A stretch of 64,000 nt of DNA, taken from NCBI GenBank assembly GCA_965214605.1, contig OZ243961.1, positions 3,648,001 through 3,712,000 on the forward strand, given 5' to 3'. The DNA is from an uncultured Candidatus Binatia bacterium (GTDB lineage Bacteria > Desulfobacterota > Binatia > Bin18). Positions within the stretch are counted from its first letter, which is position 1. The number at the start of each line of letters is the position of its first letter. Both the position numbers and the translations under genes were made by a program. This document shows, piece after piece, positions 49,640 to 59,518 of this stretch. A model generated the notes under the pieces. The model did no database searches. It was not told where the DNA came from and was given only the letters and a program-made list of their open reading frames with translations.

Positions 49640-50512
49640 TTAGAAGATTTCGTGGTCTTCGGGTTCTGAAGCGAGTCTGTAGGAGCTATAGTCTGCGGTA
49701 TTGATTTCCATGCTGACGACCGTCCCTGGAAACGGTTGGTCCAGTGGAGACGTATCAATCCCCTTGTCTTTTCGCTGCCAATACCCAGCATCAGACACTA
49801 TCTGAATATGGCCCCCATTCAAATCAATAAACTCACTCAGCAGTGTCAACCCCAGTCCGCCGGGAATTGTACCGCGCTTGGTCGTATTGTGCTCCCGAGT
49901 GGCCCAGATGATAGCGTCCATCGGAGACAGATTTTTCTGAAGATGGTCGCAGACATTTTTTCGTATGCCGACCCCTAAATCGGCCACGGTAAAATTAAGT
50001 CTGTTCCTGGTAGGAAAAAACTGTCCACAACTAAAAATTCCCAACTCAGTACGGGAGTGCAGCACGGCGTTGCTGAATATCTCGAAAACACTCTCGCGAA
50101 GTTTTTTCAACAGTCCCGGCGACATTGCTGGCATTTCGGGATGGCTGATAAACTCCCGCTCAATATAGTCGGAGAAATATCGGTCGTCTTCAACATCAAA
50201 TCGTTGGTAAGGAATAGTCGTTCCCCAGCGGTCGGGGATGTTCGTCCGACCGTAGTGGCTCAGAAAACCGTTTTTCGACAGGATGCTTTCAACAGCTGGG
50301 GGGAGATTGACCAAATTGACGGTGTTCAGATTGTCTCCCAAGCAATACAGAATTGCGCCGAACGCCGCGCACCTGTCGGCGTCAAGCCAACTCGTTTCCC
50401 TCATGTCAATTTCGACGTCCTCAAAGACACACTGTTTAGTTTGAGAGTGGAAGAGTGCCAAAGCTGCGAAACCTTTGAGGCCGTGGTAAATCGTCGGGAG
50501 AGGAACTCTCAT
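49640..50512 (-). CDS. Anti-sigma-kinase-like HATPase protein with N-terminal STAS-like region
   Basis: N box EIFSNAVLH, G1 DLGVGI, G2 GGLGL, PGT; no HisKA H-box or TM. Confidence 0.82.
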   Translation of the reverse strand: MRVPLPTIYHGLKGFAALALFHSQTKQCVFEDVEIDMRETSWLDADRCAAFGAILYCLGDNLNTVNLVNLPPAVESILSKNGFLSHYGRTNIPDRWGTTIPYQRFDVEDDRYFSDYIEREFISHPEMPAMSPGLLKKLRESVFEIFSNAVLHSRTELGIFSCGQFFPTRNRLNFTVADLGVGIRKNVCDHLQKNLSPMDAIIWATREHNTTKRGTIPGGLGLTLLSEFIDLNGGHIQIVSDAGYWQRKDKGIDTSPLDQPFPGTVVSMEINTADYSSYRLASEPEDHEIF

Positions 50513-50655
50513 ACCGTTACCTCCACATGCGTCATGGCGTCGTTACTGAAAAGGTTCACAACTTTGACGGCAATCTTATACCGTCCCGGCGGGCGGTCCA
50601 CATTTCCGGCTGAAGGAGCGTCCTCATCCAAGAAGTTGAATGTCCCAACCCAGAA
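50509..50655 (-). pseudogene. C-terminal remnant of a Mod-like DNA methyltransferase gene
   Basis: Open frame FWVGTFNFLDEDAPSAGNVDRPPGRYKIAVKVVNLFSNDAMTHVEVTV* resembles the KIAVKVVDIFGND C-terminus of type III-like MTases; TGA overlaps the HATPase ATG (ATGA). Confidence 0.6.
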
Positions 50656-50865
50656 TTATAAAAGGCAATCTGATCGTTAGCTCGAACAACGCTCCTACAC
50701 TCCGTTTGTGTTATTTTTCCCGTGGTCGTTTCTCTACGCCATCGTAACAAACGGTTGGACTCGGACTCATACTGGTTCCTCACGAGCTCTTGAAAGGCCG
50801 CTTGACGATTAATTCTCATGACACAGAGACAAAGCCTCGGTCCCTGCTATAGGTGAGTATTCCCC

Positions 50866-51168
50866 CTAAAACGGCAAAAACCTCCGAAATAGACGGTCGT
50901 CGTCTTTGGGCAGACTACGCTCTTCCTCATCGTCCTCGTCTGAGGAGGCAAAGGGATTGAGGCGGGCAAACAGGCCCGGCTTGACGATCACATCCCCCTC
51001 TCGGGGTTCCACATCTTCAGGGCCGGCATAGACAGGCATCTCTGAATGAACGTTCTCTTCAATGTAACGCTTCCCAATGAAATGGTCTTCATTCTGGCTG
51101 CCAAAAGGCCACAGCGAACATGCGCTCAGCGTTACACACCACACCAAGCCTAGGAACACATGTCTCAT
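50866..51168 (-). CDS. Small hypothetical lipoprotein
   Basis: Lipobox LSAC after hydrophobic stretch; ATG 51168 downstream of the vWA gene. Confidence 0.65.
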   Translation of the reverse strand: MRHVFLGLVWCVTLSACSLWPFGSQNEDHFIGKRYIEENVHSEMPVYAGPEDVEPREGDVIVKPGLFARLNPFASSDEDDEEERSLPKDDDRLFRRFLPF

Positions 51169-51202
51169 CGCTTTCTTTGATCCTCTTCTCGGCTCGGGTG
51201 GC

Positions 51203-53866
51203 CTATTCGGCCAGGGGTCCGAACAAGGTGCGCAGACTGATATCTCCGAGCAACAGGAAGACGGCGGCAATAATCATGATATTCTCCATTGGATGCAGCT
51301 GCTTGCGTTTGCCTTCCCGCTTTTGGGCAACTAGCTCTTGGGGGTTGGGGTTGAGCTTCCCACCGCTCCCCTCGGCTAGGGCACGTAGCAGGTCGCGGTT
51401 GGGATGCTGCTGGCGGTACTCGTCGAGCGAGGCGTCGGCCGTCCGGCTGACCATCACGGTTTGGGTCTTTTGGTTGGCGACTTTGCCGTCTTTACGTTTG
51501 ATAATCGTGACCGGAAAACTCCCCTGTTGCCGACGTGCCATGACCGCTTCATACACCCGCGGGGCGACCGGCATGAGGGTGATGAGATCACTGGTCGAGC
51601 CCCGGGGCAGGCGAGCCTGCAAAATGCCGCTCTGGTCGCTGTCGTACGACTCAACCCGCAGCACGGTCCGGTTGCGCCGCTGCGGCATGCTGATCCGATA
51701 CTCCGAGGTGGTTTCGTCTCGCATCGACCAACGTGCGGCCTGCGACCAGAACTTGCCGAAACCCGGCCAGCGGATCCAGTCGCCCGCTCCGCTCCCGCTA
51801 GGGTCAAAGGTGACGGCCACGACCTTGCCAAGCCCGTACTGCCAGGTGGCCAGAATCGGATCGCGTTCGTCCTTGACGTCGGTATAGAGCTGGACTTTTG
51901 CCCCTTTCTTGGGGTTTGTGAGCATATATTCGTCAAGGTCGGGAAAGTCGTTCAAGCCGCGTAGAATCTGGCCGCGGATCCCGACTAGGGGATGGATCTC
52001 TTTGGGGTCCTGATCCTCCTCATCTTCCTCGTCATGCTCGCCAATGGTCTGCTTGGTGTCTTTGACCAGCAGTTGGGGAAGCTTTGCCGCATCATAGACG
52101 TGATAAAAACGCCCCTTGGTTTTTTCGGACATATAGGACAACAGCCGAAGATTGATGGTATCCGCCCCAATCCGGATCGTGGTAATCGAGATCTGACGCT
52201 GGGTAATCAGATTGACCAAGGGGTAATGGTCCCTTGGGTCGCGGTTGGTGTCCCCGTCGGTCAGTAAAATAATGTGTCGGATTGCCCGGCGGGTCCGCCC
52301 TAGCTGGTCGGCCGCCGTTTCTAGGGCTCTGAAAAAGTCGGTTCCACCTCCGTACTGTAGACGTTGGATTTTGTCGTTCAGCTCGTCTCGATTGTGGGAC
52401 AAAAGCTTCAGCGGGGACAGGGTGTAAGCTTCTGAATCAAAGGCGACCGCCCCGGCCAAGTCGTCATCCTTGAGCTGGCGCAGTACTGCGAGTGCCGCCT
52501 CTTGCGCGTAGTGCATTTTCTGGCCGTCGTGCAGTCCCCGGACTTTGCTGTTGTAGCCCATGCTGTTGGAGCGGTCGATGATAAGGAAGAGCGCAATCGG
52601 GATACGTTTCTTTTTGAGCTTTTTGGGTTTGGGCGGCGGTTGCTCCTGAAAGGTGACAGGTAAAATCCGCTCAACCGGCGTATCTCTAAAGGCTAGGTCG
52701 CCAAAAGAGCGGGTACCACCGGCCATCAGAAAGCCGCCGCCAAAATCGCGCACATAGTGCTCAATGGCGCGCATCTGTCGGTTGGTGATACCGCCCCGAC
52801 CGATATCGTCAAACACCAGACAGTGGTAATCGAGCAAATCTGATAGCTTGGTTGGTAAGCCCTCGGGGCGACGAAACTCAATGTCGACTTCCTTGAGTTG
52901 AAGCGCACGGGCCAGATGGGTACGCGGGTTGTCGGTAATGACCAGCGCGCGGACCTTGCCCGAGACGACCAGAGTGGCATGTTGGCGGTTATTGCCGGTC
53001 ACGGTATCCGGCTCGGCCGCGATCTCAGCCCGCAGCAGATAGTTGCCGGGTTGCATGATCTGGGCCGGGATTTCAAAAACCGACAGGCCGGGACTGAGCT
53101 GCACCGGCTGGCTGGTCAGCCGATCCTTGTTAGCGTGGATCATCACCTGGCCCTTGACCGCTTGCTCATTCCCGTTGCGGATGACTAAGCGCAGGGTAAA
53201 CACGCTGCCCTCGCGGGCCAGGGGCGGAGTGACGAATTTCTCCAGAGAGATTTCGGGTTGTTGGCCCGAGGGCGGGATGACTGGGAAAATGCTCACCCCC
53301 ATTTGGCGCGCCAGAGCTAGATGTTGGCGGGCCGAGCCGGTCGTCTCGTTGCCGTCAGTCATCAGCAGCAGGCGTTTTTGAGCCTGTTCTGGGTAGAGGG
53401 CAAACACCCGCTCCAGGGCTTCGGCAATATTGGTCCCACCACCAGGGTGCGCTTCGTCCGGGTCGACAGCCACACTGACCGAGGTCGGGGGGCCGGGCGG
53501 TATGAGCAGGGTGGTGTCGCTGGCAAACGACAGCGCGGAAAACTCCTCTTCGTCGGTCAAATAGCCGCGCAGCTGGGCTAGGTAATCATTCATCCACTGA
53601 CGGCTCTCCCGCGAGATGCTGTCGGATGTATCAAGCGCGGCAACAAGGGCAAGCTGATGCTCAGACAGGGTGGTCTGTAGGTTGAGGCCGGCCAAGGCAG
53701 CGACTAGGGCGACCACCGCCAGGGTCCGTAGGACAACGGCGCTGAACAACACGCCCCGTCCGCGCTGCCAGAAGAGGGGGAGCCACAGCAGTGGAATCAG
53801 GACCAACAGCCAGAACCAGCTCGGGTCAAGGAAGACATAGCTGCGTCCAAAGAGATCGTAGGTCAT
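51203..53866 (-). CDS. Large membrane-anchored protein with two vWA domains and a GATase-like domain
   Basis: MIDAS-like DTSDS/TDGNET and DRSNS/TDGDT; GGGFLMAGG; ATWQYGLGKV; terminal TM segments. Confidence 0.88.
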   Translation of the reverse strand: MTYDLFGRSYVFLDPSWFWLLVLIPLLWLPLFWQRGRGVLFSAVVLRTLAVVALVAALAGLNLQTTLSEHQLALVAALDTSDSISRESRQWMNDYLAQLRGYLTDEEEFSALSFASDTTLLIPPGPPTSVSVAVDPDEAHPGGGTNIAEALERVFALYPEQAQKRLLLMTDGNETTGSARQHLALARQMGVSIFPVIPPSGQQPEISLEKFVTPPLAREGSVFTLRLVIRNGNEQAVKGQVMIHANKDRLTSQPVQLSPGLSVFEIPAQIMQPGNYLLRAEIAAEPDTVTGNNRQHATLVVSGKVRALVITDNPRTHLARALQLKEVDIEFRRPEGLPTKLSDLLDYHCLVFDDIGRGGITNRQMRAIEHYVRDFGGGFLMAGGTRSFGDLAFRDTPVERILPVTFQEQPPPKPKKLKKKRIPIALFLIIDRSNSMGYNSKVRGLHDGQKMHYAQEAALAVLRQLKDDDLAGAVAFDSEAYTLSPLKLLSHNRDELNDKIQRLQYGGGTDFFRALETAADQLGRTRRAIRHIILLTDGDTNRDPRDHYPLVNLITQRQISITTIRIGADTINLRLLSYMSEKTKGRFYHVYDAAKLPQLLVKDTKQTIGEHDEEDEEDQDPKEIHPLVGIRGQILRGLNDFPDLDEYMLTNPKKGAKVQLYTDVKDERDPILATWQYGLGKVVAVTFDPSGSGAGDWIRWPGFGKFWSQAARWSMRDETTSEYRISMPQRRNRTVLRVESYDSDQSGILQARLPRGSTSDLITLMPVAPRVYEAVMARRQQGSFPVTIIKRKDGKVANQKTQTVMVSRTADASLDEYRQQHPNRDLLRALAEGSGGKLNPNPQELVAQKREGKRKQLHPMENIMIIAAVFLLLGDISLRTLFGPLAE

Positions 53867-55749
53867 CGTACCCTCGCATAGCGCCATAGCGCGTACAGCC
53901 ATTCCAAAAACAGCAGCGTTGCTGCGCCGTAATACAGCAGCTGCCCAAACTCAATCGGTACGGTACGACTGACTTCTTGGGGAGCCTGAGAGGTCTCCAA
54001 GACCACTGAAACCGCCTCTAAACTTTGCTCGGGTTGAGGGCGACGTCCGATGTCCGACTCAATTTCGTCAAACAGGTTGGCGTACCACATCGCCTGGTAG
54101 TCTCCGTTTTGCAGCCGATAGGCCCCCACGTGCGGAATCTCGACTGCGGCGGCTTCGACTGCTTGTGTTTCACCGCTGGGTAGGGTCAGCTCAAGCGTCT
54201 CAACGGCAATAGAGGGCGGCACAAAGAAAGTCTCTCCGGGCGTGGTCAGGGCTGGCACGCTGGGGTCTGACGGCAGCAACCAACGCACCGCATTCAGAAA
54301 AAGGAGTAGCAGACTCAGACTATCGGAGTCGGTCAAATTGCCCTGGTCCAGATCAAAAGCTAGACACACCACCCGGTAGCCGTCTTTTTCGCCAGTCAGT
54401 GCCAGCGGCACCTCGCCGGTATCGGTGCGCGAGGAGATCAAGACTTGTGCCCACGACGGGAGCACGACAACGCGGGCTTTCTTGAGCGGAAGGGCATCAA
54501 CATAATGCAAATTATGCAGAATCTCGTGGCTCTCCCGCCAGTCCAGAATGCTCAGATCTTTCGCCTCGGCAACAATCGGAAAGAGCGGATTGTCCATGGG
54601 TGGGAAGACGTACAAACTGTTGGCGGAAACCACCACGCTGGGGACAAACTGGTGAAACAGGACGATATCCTGGGCGTCTAGGCGGAATGTGAAAAACTCG
54701 TCTGGCGTGATGGCAGTGAGGCTGAGGTTGGGAATTGAACGACTGACCCGTTGCAGCTCGCGGTGGAGGCTGGTGGTAGCCGAGACGAGCACGAGACGGC
54801 GCTCACGCCCCTGGGCCACCCAGGCGAGGGCCTGATTGTCGACCGTTAGCCCGTCGTCGGGGCTGACTCGGGCGACTAACTGGCCCGCCTCGGGAAAGTT
54901 GCCGACTGAGAAGGACGCGGTGTCTCGGGACGGCAGGGTAAACGCCCGCCGAAAGATTTGGCGCTCGTTCAGGTAGACGGTCAGGGTGCCGCGCTTGGTG
55001 CGCGAGGCGTAATTGCGAACCAAAATATAGGCGCGAGCTTGCGAGTAGTGCTGGAACGGATTTTGGTGCAGGTTGAACGCGGCCAGAGCGATATTATCAT
55101 CGTTGCGACCAACCTGGTGATACACCAGATTCGTCAGCTGATCCTGGGAGAGGTCGAGCTCGGTCTGTGGTACGTCGGTGAAGACGTGGACGCTGGCCCG
55201 GTGTCCAGTTCTGTCGCGCTGGGTCAGGGCCAGCTCGATCCCCAGGTCGAGATTGGTCGTGCTATCTTCGGGCTGTAACGATTCGAGCAGGTGCAGAAAG
55301 ACCCGGTGGTCGGTGGTAAAGCCGCTGACCACCCGTGGTCGAGCTGCCACGCTGATCAGCATTACCTCGTCGAGCGGTCCCAAGGAACGCACGACCTGGG
55401 TGGCCTGATCGCGGGCTAGGCTAAAGCGCTCGGTATTGCCCTCGCGGACTTGCATGCTGGCTGACACATCAAAGACTAGAATGTGTCGGTCGCCCCGGAC
55501 TTCGGTGACCGTCTGGGAGCGGTAGGGATGTAACAGGCCGCTCAGCAGCAAGATCAGCAGCAGGGCTTGAATCAAGAACAGCAGGCTCGGAAAAAATCGC
55601 CGGACACGGACGCTATCCTCCCTGATTTCGTGCCAGAACATCAGGCTGGACACCTCGACCCGTTTCCGCCAGCGCTCCCGTAGATAGACTAGAATCAGAA
55701 TACCCAATAGGGCAAAAAGTGGCAGGGCGGCTGGATTTAAAATACCCAT
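53863..55749 (-). CDS. BatA-domain / vWA membrane protein
   Basis: N-terminal BatA-like ILNP..LILVYL..VSSLMFW, DVSASM MIDAS, C-terminal LLFLEW TM. Confidence 0.87.
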   Translation of the reverse strand: MGILNPAALPLFALLGILILVYLRERWRKRVEVSSLMFWHEIREDSVRVRRFFPSLLFLIQALLLILLLSGLLHPYRSQTVTEVRGDRHILVFDVSASMQVREGNTERFSLARDQATQVVRSLGPLDEVMLISVAARPRVVSGFTTDHRVFLHLLESLQPEDSTTNLDLGIELALTQRDRTGHRASVHVFTDVPQTELDLSQDQLTNLVYHQVGRNDDNIALAAFNLHQNPFQHYSQARAYILVRNYASRTKRGTLTVYLNERQIFRRAFTLPSRDTASFSVGNFPEAGQLVARVSPDDGLTVDNQALAWVAQGRERRLVLVSATTSLHRELQRVSRSIPNLSLTAITPDEFFTFRLDAQDIVLFHQFVPSVVVSANSLYVFPPMDNPLFPIVAEAKDLSILDWRESHEILHNLHYVDALPLKKARVVVLPSWAQVLISSRTDTGEVPLALTGEKDGYRVVCLAFDLDQGNLTDSDSLSLLLLFLNAVRWLLPSDPSVPALTTPGETFFVPPSIAVETLELTLPSGETQAVEAAAVEIPHVGAYRLQNGDYQAMWYANLFDEIESDIGRRPQPEQSLEAVSVVLETSQAPQEVSRTVPIEFGQLLYYGAATLLFLEWLYALWRYARVR

Positions 55750-55778
55750 GGTATACGTCCTTGGCCTTCTGGCGTGCC

Positions 55779-56687
55779 CTAGCGCAGGGCTAGCAGTCCA
55801 GTCCGGGTGAGTTCCTGGCTAATCACGCCTGTCACTGCCTGATGCGTTGATATCTGGCTATACAGAATCTGATGCCGGTGACAAAAGTCCCGTATGGTGC
55901 TGATGTGGGCTTGCAGCAGCTCTTGGTAGCGGCGGAGATTGGCCTCGCTGAGAGTAATCCAGCGCTCGGCTCCGTCTTCAACATCATACAGTTTACCGCG
56001 TCGAAAGAGACGTCTGGGTTCCAGCTCACTAGCCCCCAAGACGTGAATCACTTTGACCTCGTAGCTGCGCGCTTTGAGAAGAACCAGAGGCTCTTCGTAC
56101 TGTGCGGCTGGCATTAAGAAGTCCGAGATGATGATCGCCACCCCCGGCTCTAGGGTTTGACCGATATAGGCCCGGATGGATTCTCGTAAATAGGTCTTAC
56201 CGACCGCAGACAGGGTGTCGAGAAACGGCGTGACCCGAAAAAATCGGTTGCGGTGGCGCAGAAACGGCGTGGCCCGAAAGGAGCGCGTGTTTTTACCAGC
56301 GCCGGATAGGGCGATCAGCCGCAGGGTGTTATTGCTGGACAGCACGATGTAACCGAGGGCTGACGTCAAATCCAGGGTAAACCGGAATTTCTCATCCTTG
56401 ACCGGCACCCCCATTGAGGCGCTGGTATCAAGAAAGATATGGAACGGAATCTCGCGTTCGGCGGTAAAGGTCCGGACCATGAGTTGATCAAGCCGGCCCA
56501 GGGCGTTCCAGTCCAGATGCCGAAAATCGTCCCCAGGCGAGTATTCTTTGAAAGATTCAAACTCGATGCCCGAGGCCTGACTGGTACGGGGAATCGGGGT
56601 TTCACCGGGACGGTTGCCGCGCGCCATTCGGACGCGGATATGAAATCGATTCAGGGTTTTAAAAAAAGCGGCATTGAGGCTAGCCAC
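55779..56687 (-). CDS. DUF58 family protein
   Basis: GIEFESFKEYSPGDDFRHLDWN, LDTSASM, IISDF. Confidence 0.92.
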   Translation of the reverse strand: MASLNAAFFKTLNRFHIRVRMARGNRPGETPIPRTSQASGIEFESFKEYSPGDDFRHLDWNALGRLDQLMVRTFTAEREIPFHIFLDTSASMGVPVKDEKFRFTLDLTSALGYIVLSSNNTLRLIALSGAGKNTRSFRATPFLRHRNRFFRVTPFLDTLSAVGKTYLRESIRAYIGQTLEPGVAIIISDFLMPAAQYEEPLVLLKARSYEVKVIHVLGASELEPRRLFRRGKLYDVEDGAERWITLSEANLRRYQELLQAHISTIRDFCHRHQILYSQISTHQAVTGVISQELTRTGLLALR

Positions 56688-56699
56688 GGTCGGATCGCC

Positions 56700-57770
56700 C
56701 TATTGGAGTTGACGAGCACTGTTGAGGATACGCTCAATCAGGCTATTGGGATCGACATTATCCGCCTCAGCCGCAAAATTGAGCACCAGTCGATGGTTGA
56801 GCGTCGGGACGGCAACCCGGTTCACATCGTCGTAGCTGACGTTGGCCCGACCGTTTAGCAGTGCCACGACTTTTGCCCCCAGCATCAGGGTTTGACCGCC
56901 GCGCGGGCTTGAACCAAAAGAGACATAGCGGTTGATCTCGTCGTCTTTGGACAGTGTCACCTTGGCCGTATCCTCTGGGCTCATGTAGTTCGCTTCGGCC
57001 GGAATGGTGGCATGAATCAGGGCCGCGATATACTCCTCTATATGCGGGGCGACAATGACCTCGCGTACCAGGTGGCACAGCGCCATGATTTTTCCCGCGG
57101 CCTCATCCTGCTCAAAGACCGGCCGTACCTCGGGCAGTTCGGTTGTCGTGGTCGAGCTAATAATGCGCTGGATTTCTTGGTGGGTCGGGTAGCGCAGGCG
57201 AACCTTGAAGAAAAAGCGATCTAACTGGGCCTCGGGAAGCGGATAGGTACCCTCCATCTCGATGGGGTTGAGCGTGGCTAGGACAAAAAAGGGCGGCATC
57301 AAGCGGTGGGTGGTCCCGGCCACCGTCACCTGCAGTTCGGCCATGGCTTCGAGCAGCGCGGCTTGGGTTTTGGGGGTTGAGCGGTTGATTTCGTCGGCCA
57401 GCAAAACGTGCGAGAAGATCGGTCCGGGGACAAAGGTAAAGTCTCGTCGGCCGTCCTCTCTGTCCATTACCATGCGCGTGCCGGTGACGTCGGCTGGCAT
57501 GAGGTCAACCGTAAACTGAATTCGGCTAAAGCTGAGGTTTAGCGCTTCGGCCAGCGAGCGGACAATCAGCGTCTTGCCCGTTCCCGGTACGCCCTCGATC
57601 AGAACGTGGCCGCCAGCAAAAAAAGCGATCAAAATGTTTTCAATCAGCTCGTCATGGCCAACAACAACCCGAGCCACTTCCGACCGGAGGCGACGAAATG
57701 TTTCCTGGAACTCGGCGACGAGGTTGGTCGCCGGAACTTCACTCGTAGTTTGGCTCAGCGATTCGCTCAT
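56700..57770 (-). CDS. moxR: MoxR-family AAA+ ATPase
   Basis: GHVLIEGVPGTGKT, RIQFTVDLMPAD, LADEINR, EGTYPLPEAQLDRF, SPRG. Confidence 0.93.
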   Translation of the reverse strand: MSESLSQTTSEVPATNLVAEFQETFRRLRSEVARVVVGHDELIENILIAFFAGGHVLIEGVPGTGKTLIVRSLAEALNLSFSRIQFTVDLMPADVTGTRMVMDREDGRRDFTFVPGPIFSHVLLADEINRSTPKTQAALLEAMAELQVTVAGTTHRLMPPFFVLATLNPIEMEGTYPLPEAQLDRFFFKVRLRYPTHQEIQRIISSTTTTELPEVRPVFEQDEAAGKIMALCHLVREVIVAPHIEEYIAALIHATIPAEANYMSPEDTAKVTLSKDDEINRYVSFGSSPRGGQTLMLGAKVVALLNGRANVSYDDVNRVAVPTLNHRLVLNFAAEADNVDPNSLIERILNSARQLQ

Positions 57771-59221
57771 CTAGATTCTCCTTGGGAAAATAGACGTTTG
57801 ACAATAGCTTCGTATTCGGGCGGGATCTTGGCCTTGCGGATGGCGTCGTCCAAGGACTGGCGTTGGCTCAGCCTGCGACGAGATTTACTAGGTGGGAGTT
57901 CGCCCTCATATTTGACCGCCTCGCCCTCCCCGCCCCGGGTTAATTCATAGGTGCTGTCCAGCGATAGTTGGAAGGTCTGCATGTCATTGCCCAGAGTGGT
58001 TCGGTCGCCGAACAGATTGGGGTCTGTTCCGCTGCCCGCACCCGTACCCGCCCGACCTCCGCCGCCGCTGCTCGGCATCTGCGGGGTCTGGGGCTGAAAG
58101 CTGCCGGGAGCATTTTTACGGCCTAGGCGAGCCTGGCTGAGCTGCTGCAAGCCACTGCCCTGGGCCGGTGACTGGGCACCGGGCCCGGCTTGGCCGGACA
58201 TCATGCCCGAACCGTCTGCTCTGGTCGTTTCACGCGTGCGACCGCCCTGGGGTCTGTCCGTGCCCTGAACCGAAAAATCTGCCTCGTCCTTGGGCGTGTT
58301 GGCAAGCTGCAGGCCGTCGAGATCTAGATCCGGAAGGGGAGGTGCGGTATGCTCGTCGACCTGCTCTGCTGGATCTGGACTAGGTGGAATCGATAATCCC
58401 TGCAGAGTATCGCGAATTGATTGCTGGAGTTCCTCTGACAGCGAGGCCAGGGTTTGCAGGGCCGGGTTGGTCGTACTGTCATCGGCTGGGCTGGGGGTGA
58501 CCTCTTGATCGTTGGTCGCCGGAGGCGTGTCCTGCTGCGAGAACATACTGCTCTCCCCCCAGTTTTCTGACGTGGGAGGGATGAGCGACATTTTTTCTTC
58601 AATCAGTTTTGTCATCCGTTCGGGCAAATTTTGGGCCAGATCTTGCATACTGGCCAGGCTGAACGGGTCGTCCTGCTGCCTGGAAGATAAGGACGGAATC
58701 AGAGCGGTTAGGCTCAACACGCCAAGCGCGGCCAAGAAGGGGAGACTGCTCCACGGAATCCGGCGCGGAGCGACCTTTGATATTTCCCATTCGGACAACC
58801 AGGCGGTGTTATCGGCTAATAGATGCGGCCACAGCCGGGAGGGTGGTCCTCTGCCGACCACGCCGTCTTGGAGCTGGGCAGCCAGGGTTGACACGCGTTC
58901 TTGTAGGCCGGCGTGTTGATCGGCTCTGCGGGCGGCCAGGACGATATCCGCCCACTCCTGAATACCGAGACGCAGGCTAAAGAGGAGCAGGCCGAGCAGA
59001 CCAAGGCCGAGCGGCCAGCTGATCCAGGCAAAAATATGGGAAGCCACGTCTATCTTATAGGCCCCCACGATCAGGACGCTAGTAGCCAGGGCCAGCGCCG
59101 TTCCAAAAATATACAGACGGTGTTGAAAGGTGTACTGGTTGAACCGTCCCCGCAGCTGGCGCAGCCTGTCTTCTATGTCCGCTAGGGCCAGCCGCTCCTC
59201 TGTTCCTGGGACGCCTACCAT
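57767..59221 (-). CDS. Membrane protein with low-complexity G/Q/S-rich tail, MoxR-operon associated
   Basis: Three TM segments, GLQERVST motif, C-terminal IPPEYEAIVKRLF; 4-bp overlap with moxR; start uncertain. Confidence 0.75.
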   Translation of the reverse strand: MVGVPGTEERLALADIEDRLRQLRGRFNQYTFQHRLYIFGTALALATSVLIVGAYKIDVASHIFAWISWPLGLGLLGLLLFSLRLGIQEWADIVLAARRADQHAGLQERVSTLAAQLQDGVVGRGPPSRLWPHLLADNTAWLSEWEISKVAPRRIPWSSLPFLAALGVLSLTALIPSLSSRQQDDPFSLASMQDLAQNLPERMTKLIEEKMSLIPPTSENWGESSMFSQQDTPPATNDQEVTPSPADDSTTNPALQTLASLSEELQQSIRDTLQGLSIPPSPDPAEQVDEHTAPPLPDLDLDGLQLANTPKDEADFSVQGTDRPQGGRTRETTRADGSGMMSGQAGPGAQSPAQGSGLQQLSQARLGRKNAPGSFQPQTPQMPSSGGGGRAGTGAGSGTDPNLFGDRTTLGNDMQTFQLSLDSTYELTRGGEGEAVKYEGELPPSKSRRRLSQRQSLDDAIRKAKIPPEYEAIVKRLFSQGESR

Positions 59222-59518
59222 TTGTGTGACTGCTGCCTTTCTCTTGGATGAAAAAGTGCCCACGTTCTCGTTTCTGTTTGTACGAGGTATGTTGACCGCA
59301 ACCAGTGCTCGGCTCTTCACCGGCGTCGCTTCAGAGATACCCCAGATCGGGTGATGGTGGTAGCCGCGCTGGCGTCTCACTATGAAGCGCCCCAACATAT
59401 AGTCGAGAGCATGACATAGGTCAACTCAGAAAAAAGCGGCCATAGCTCTGTTTACAATCTCCACCACATAGCCTGAGGCTCTTGGCGACGACCTGACCTA
59501 TCGTCTATACACACATCC

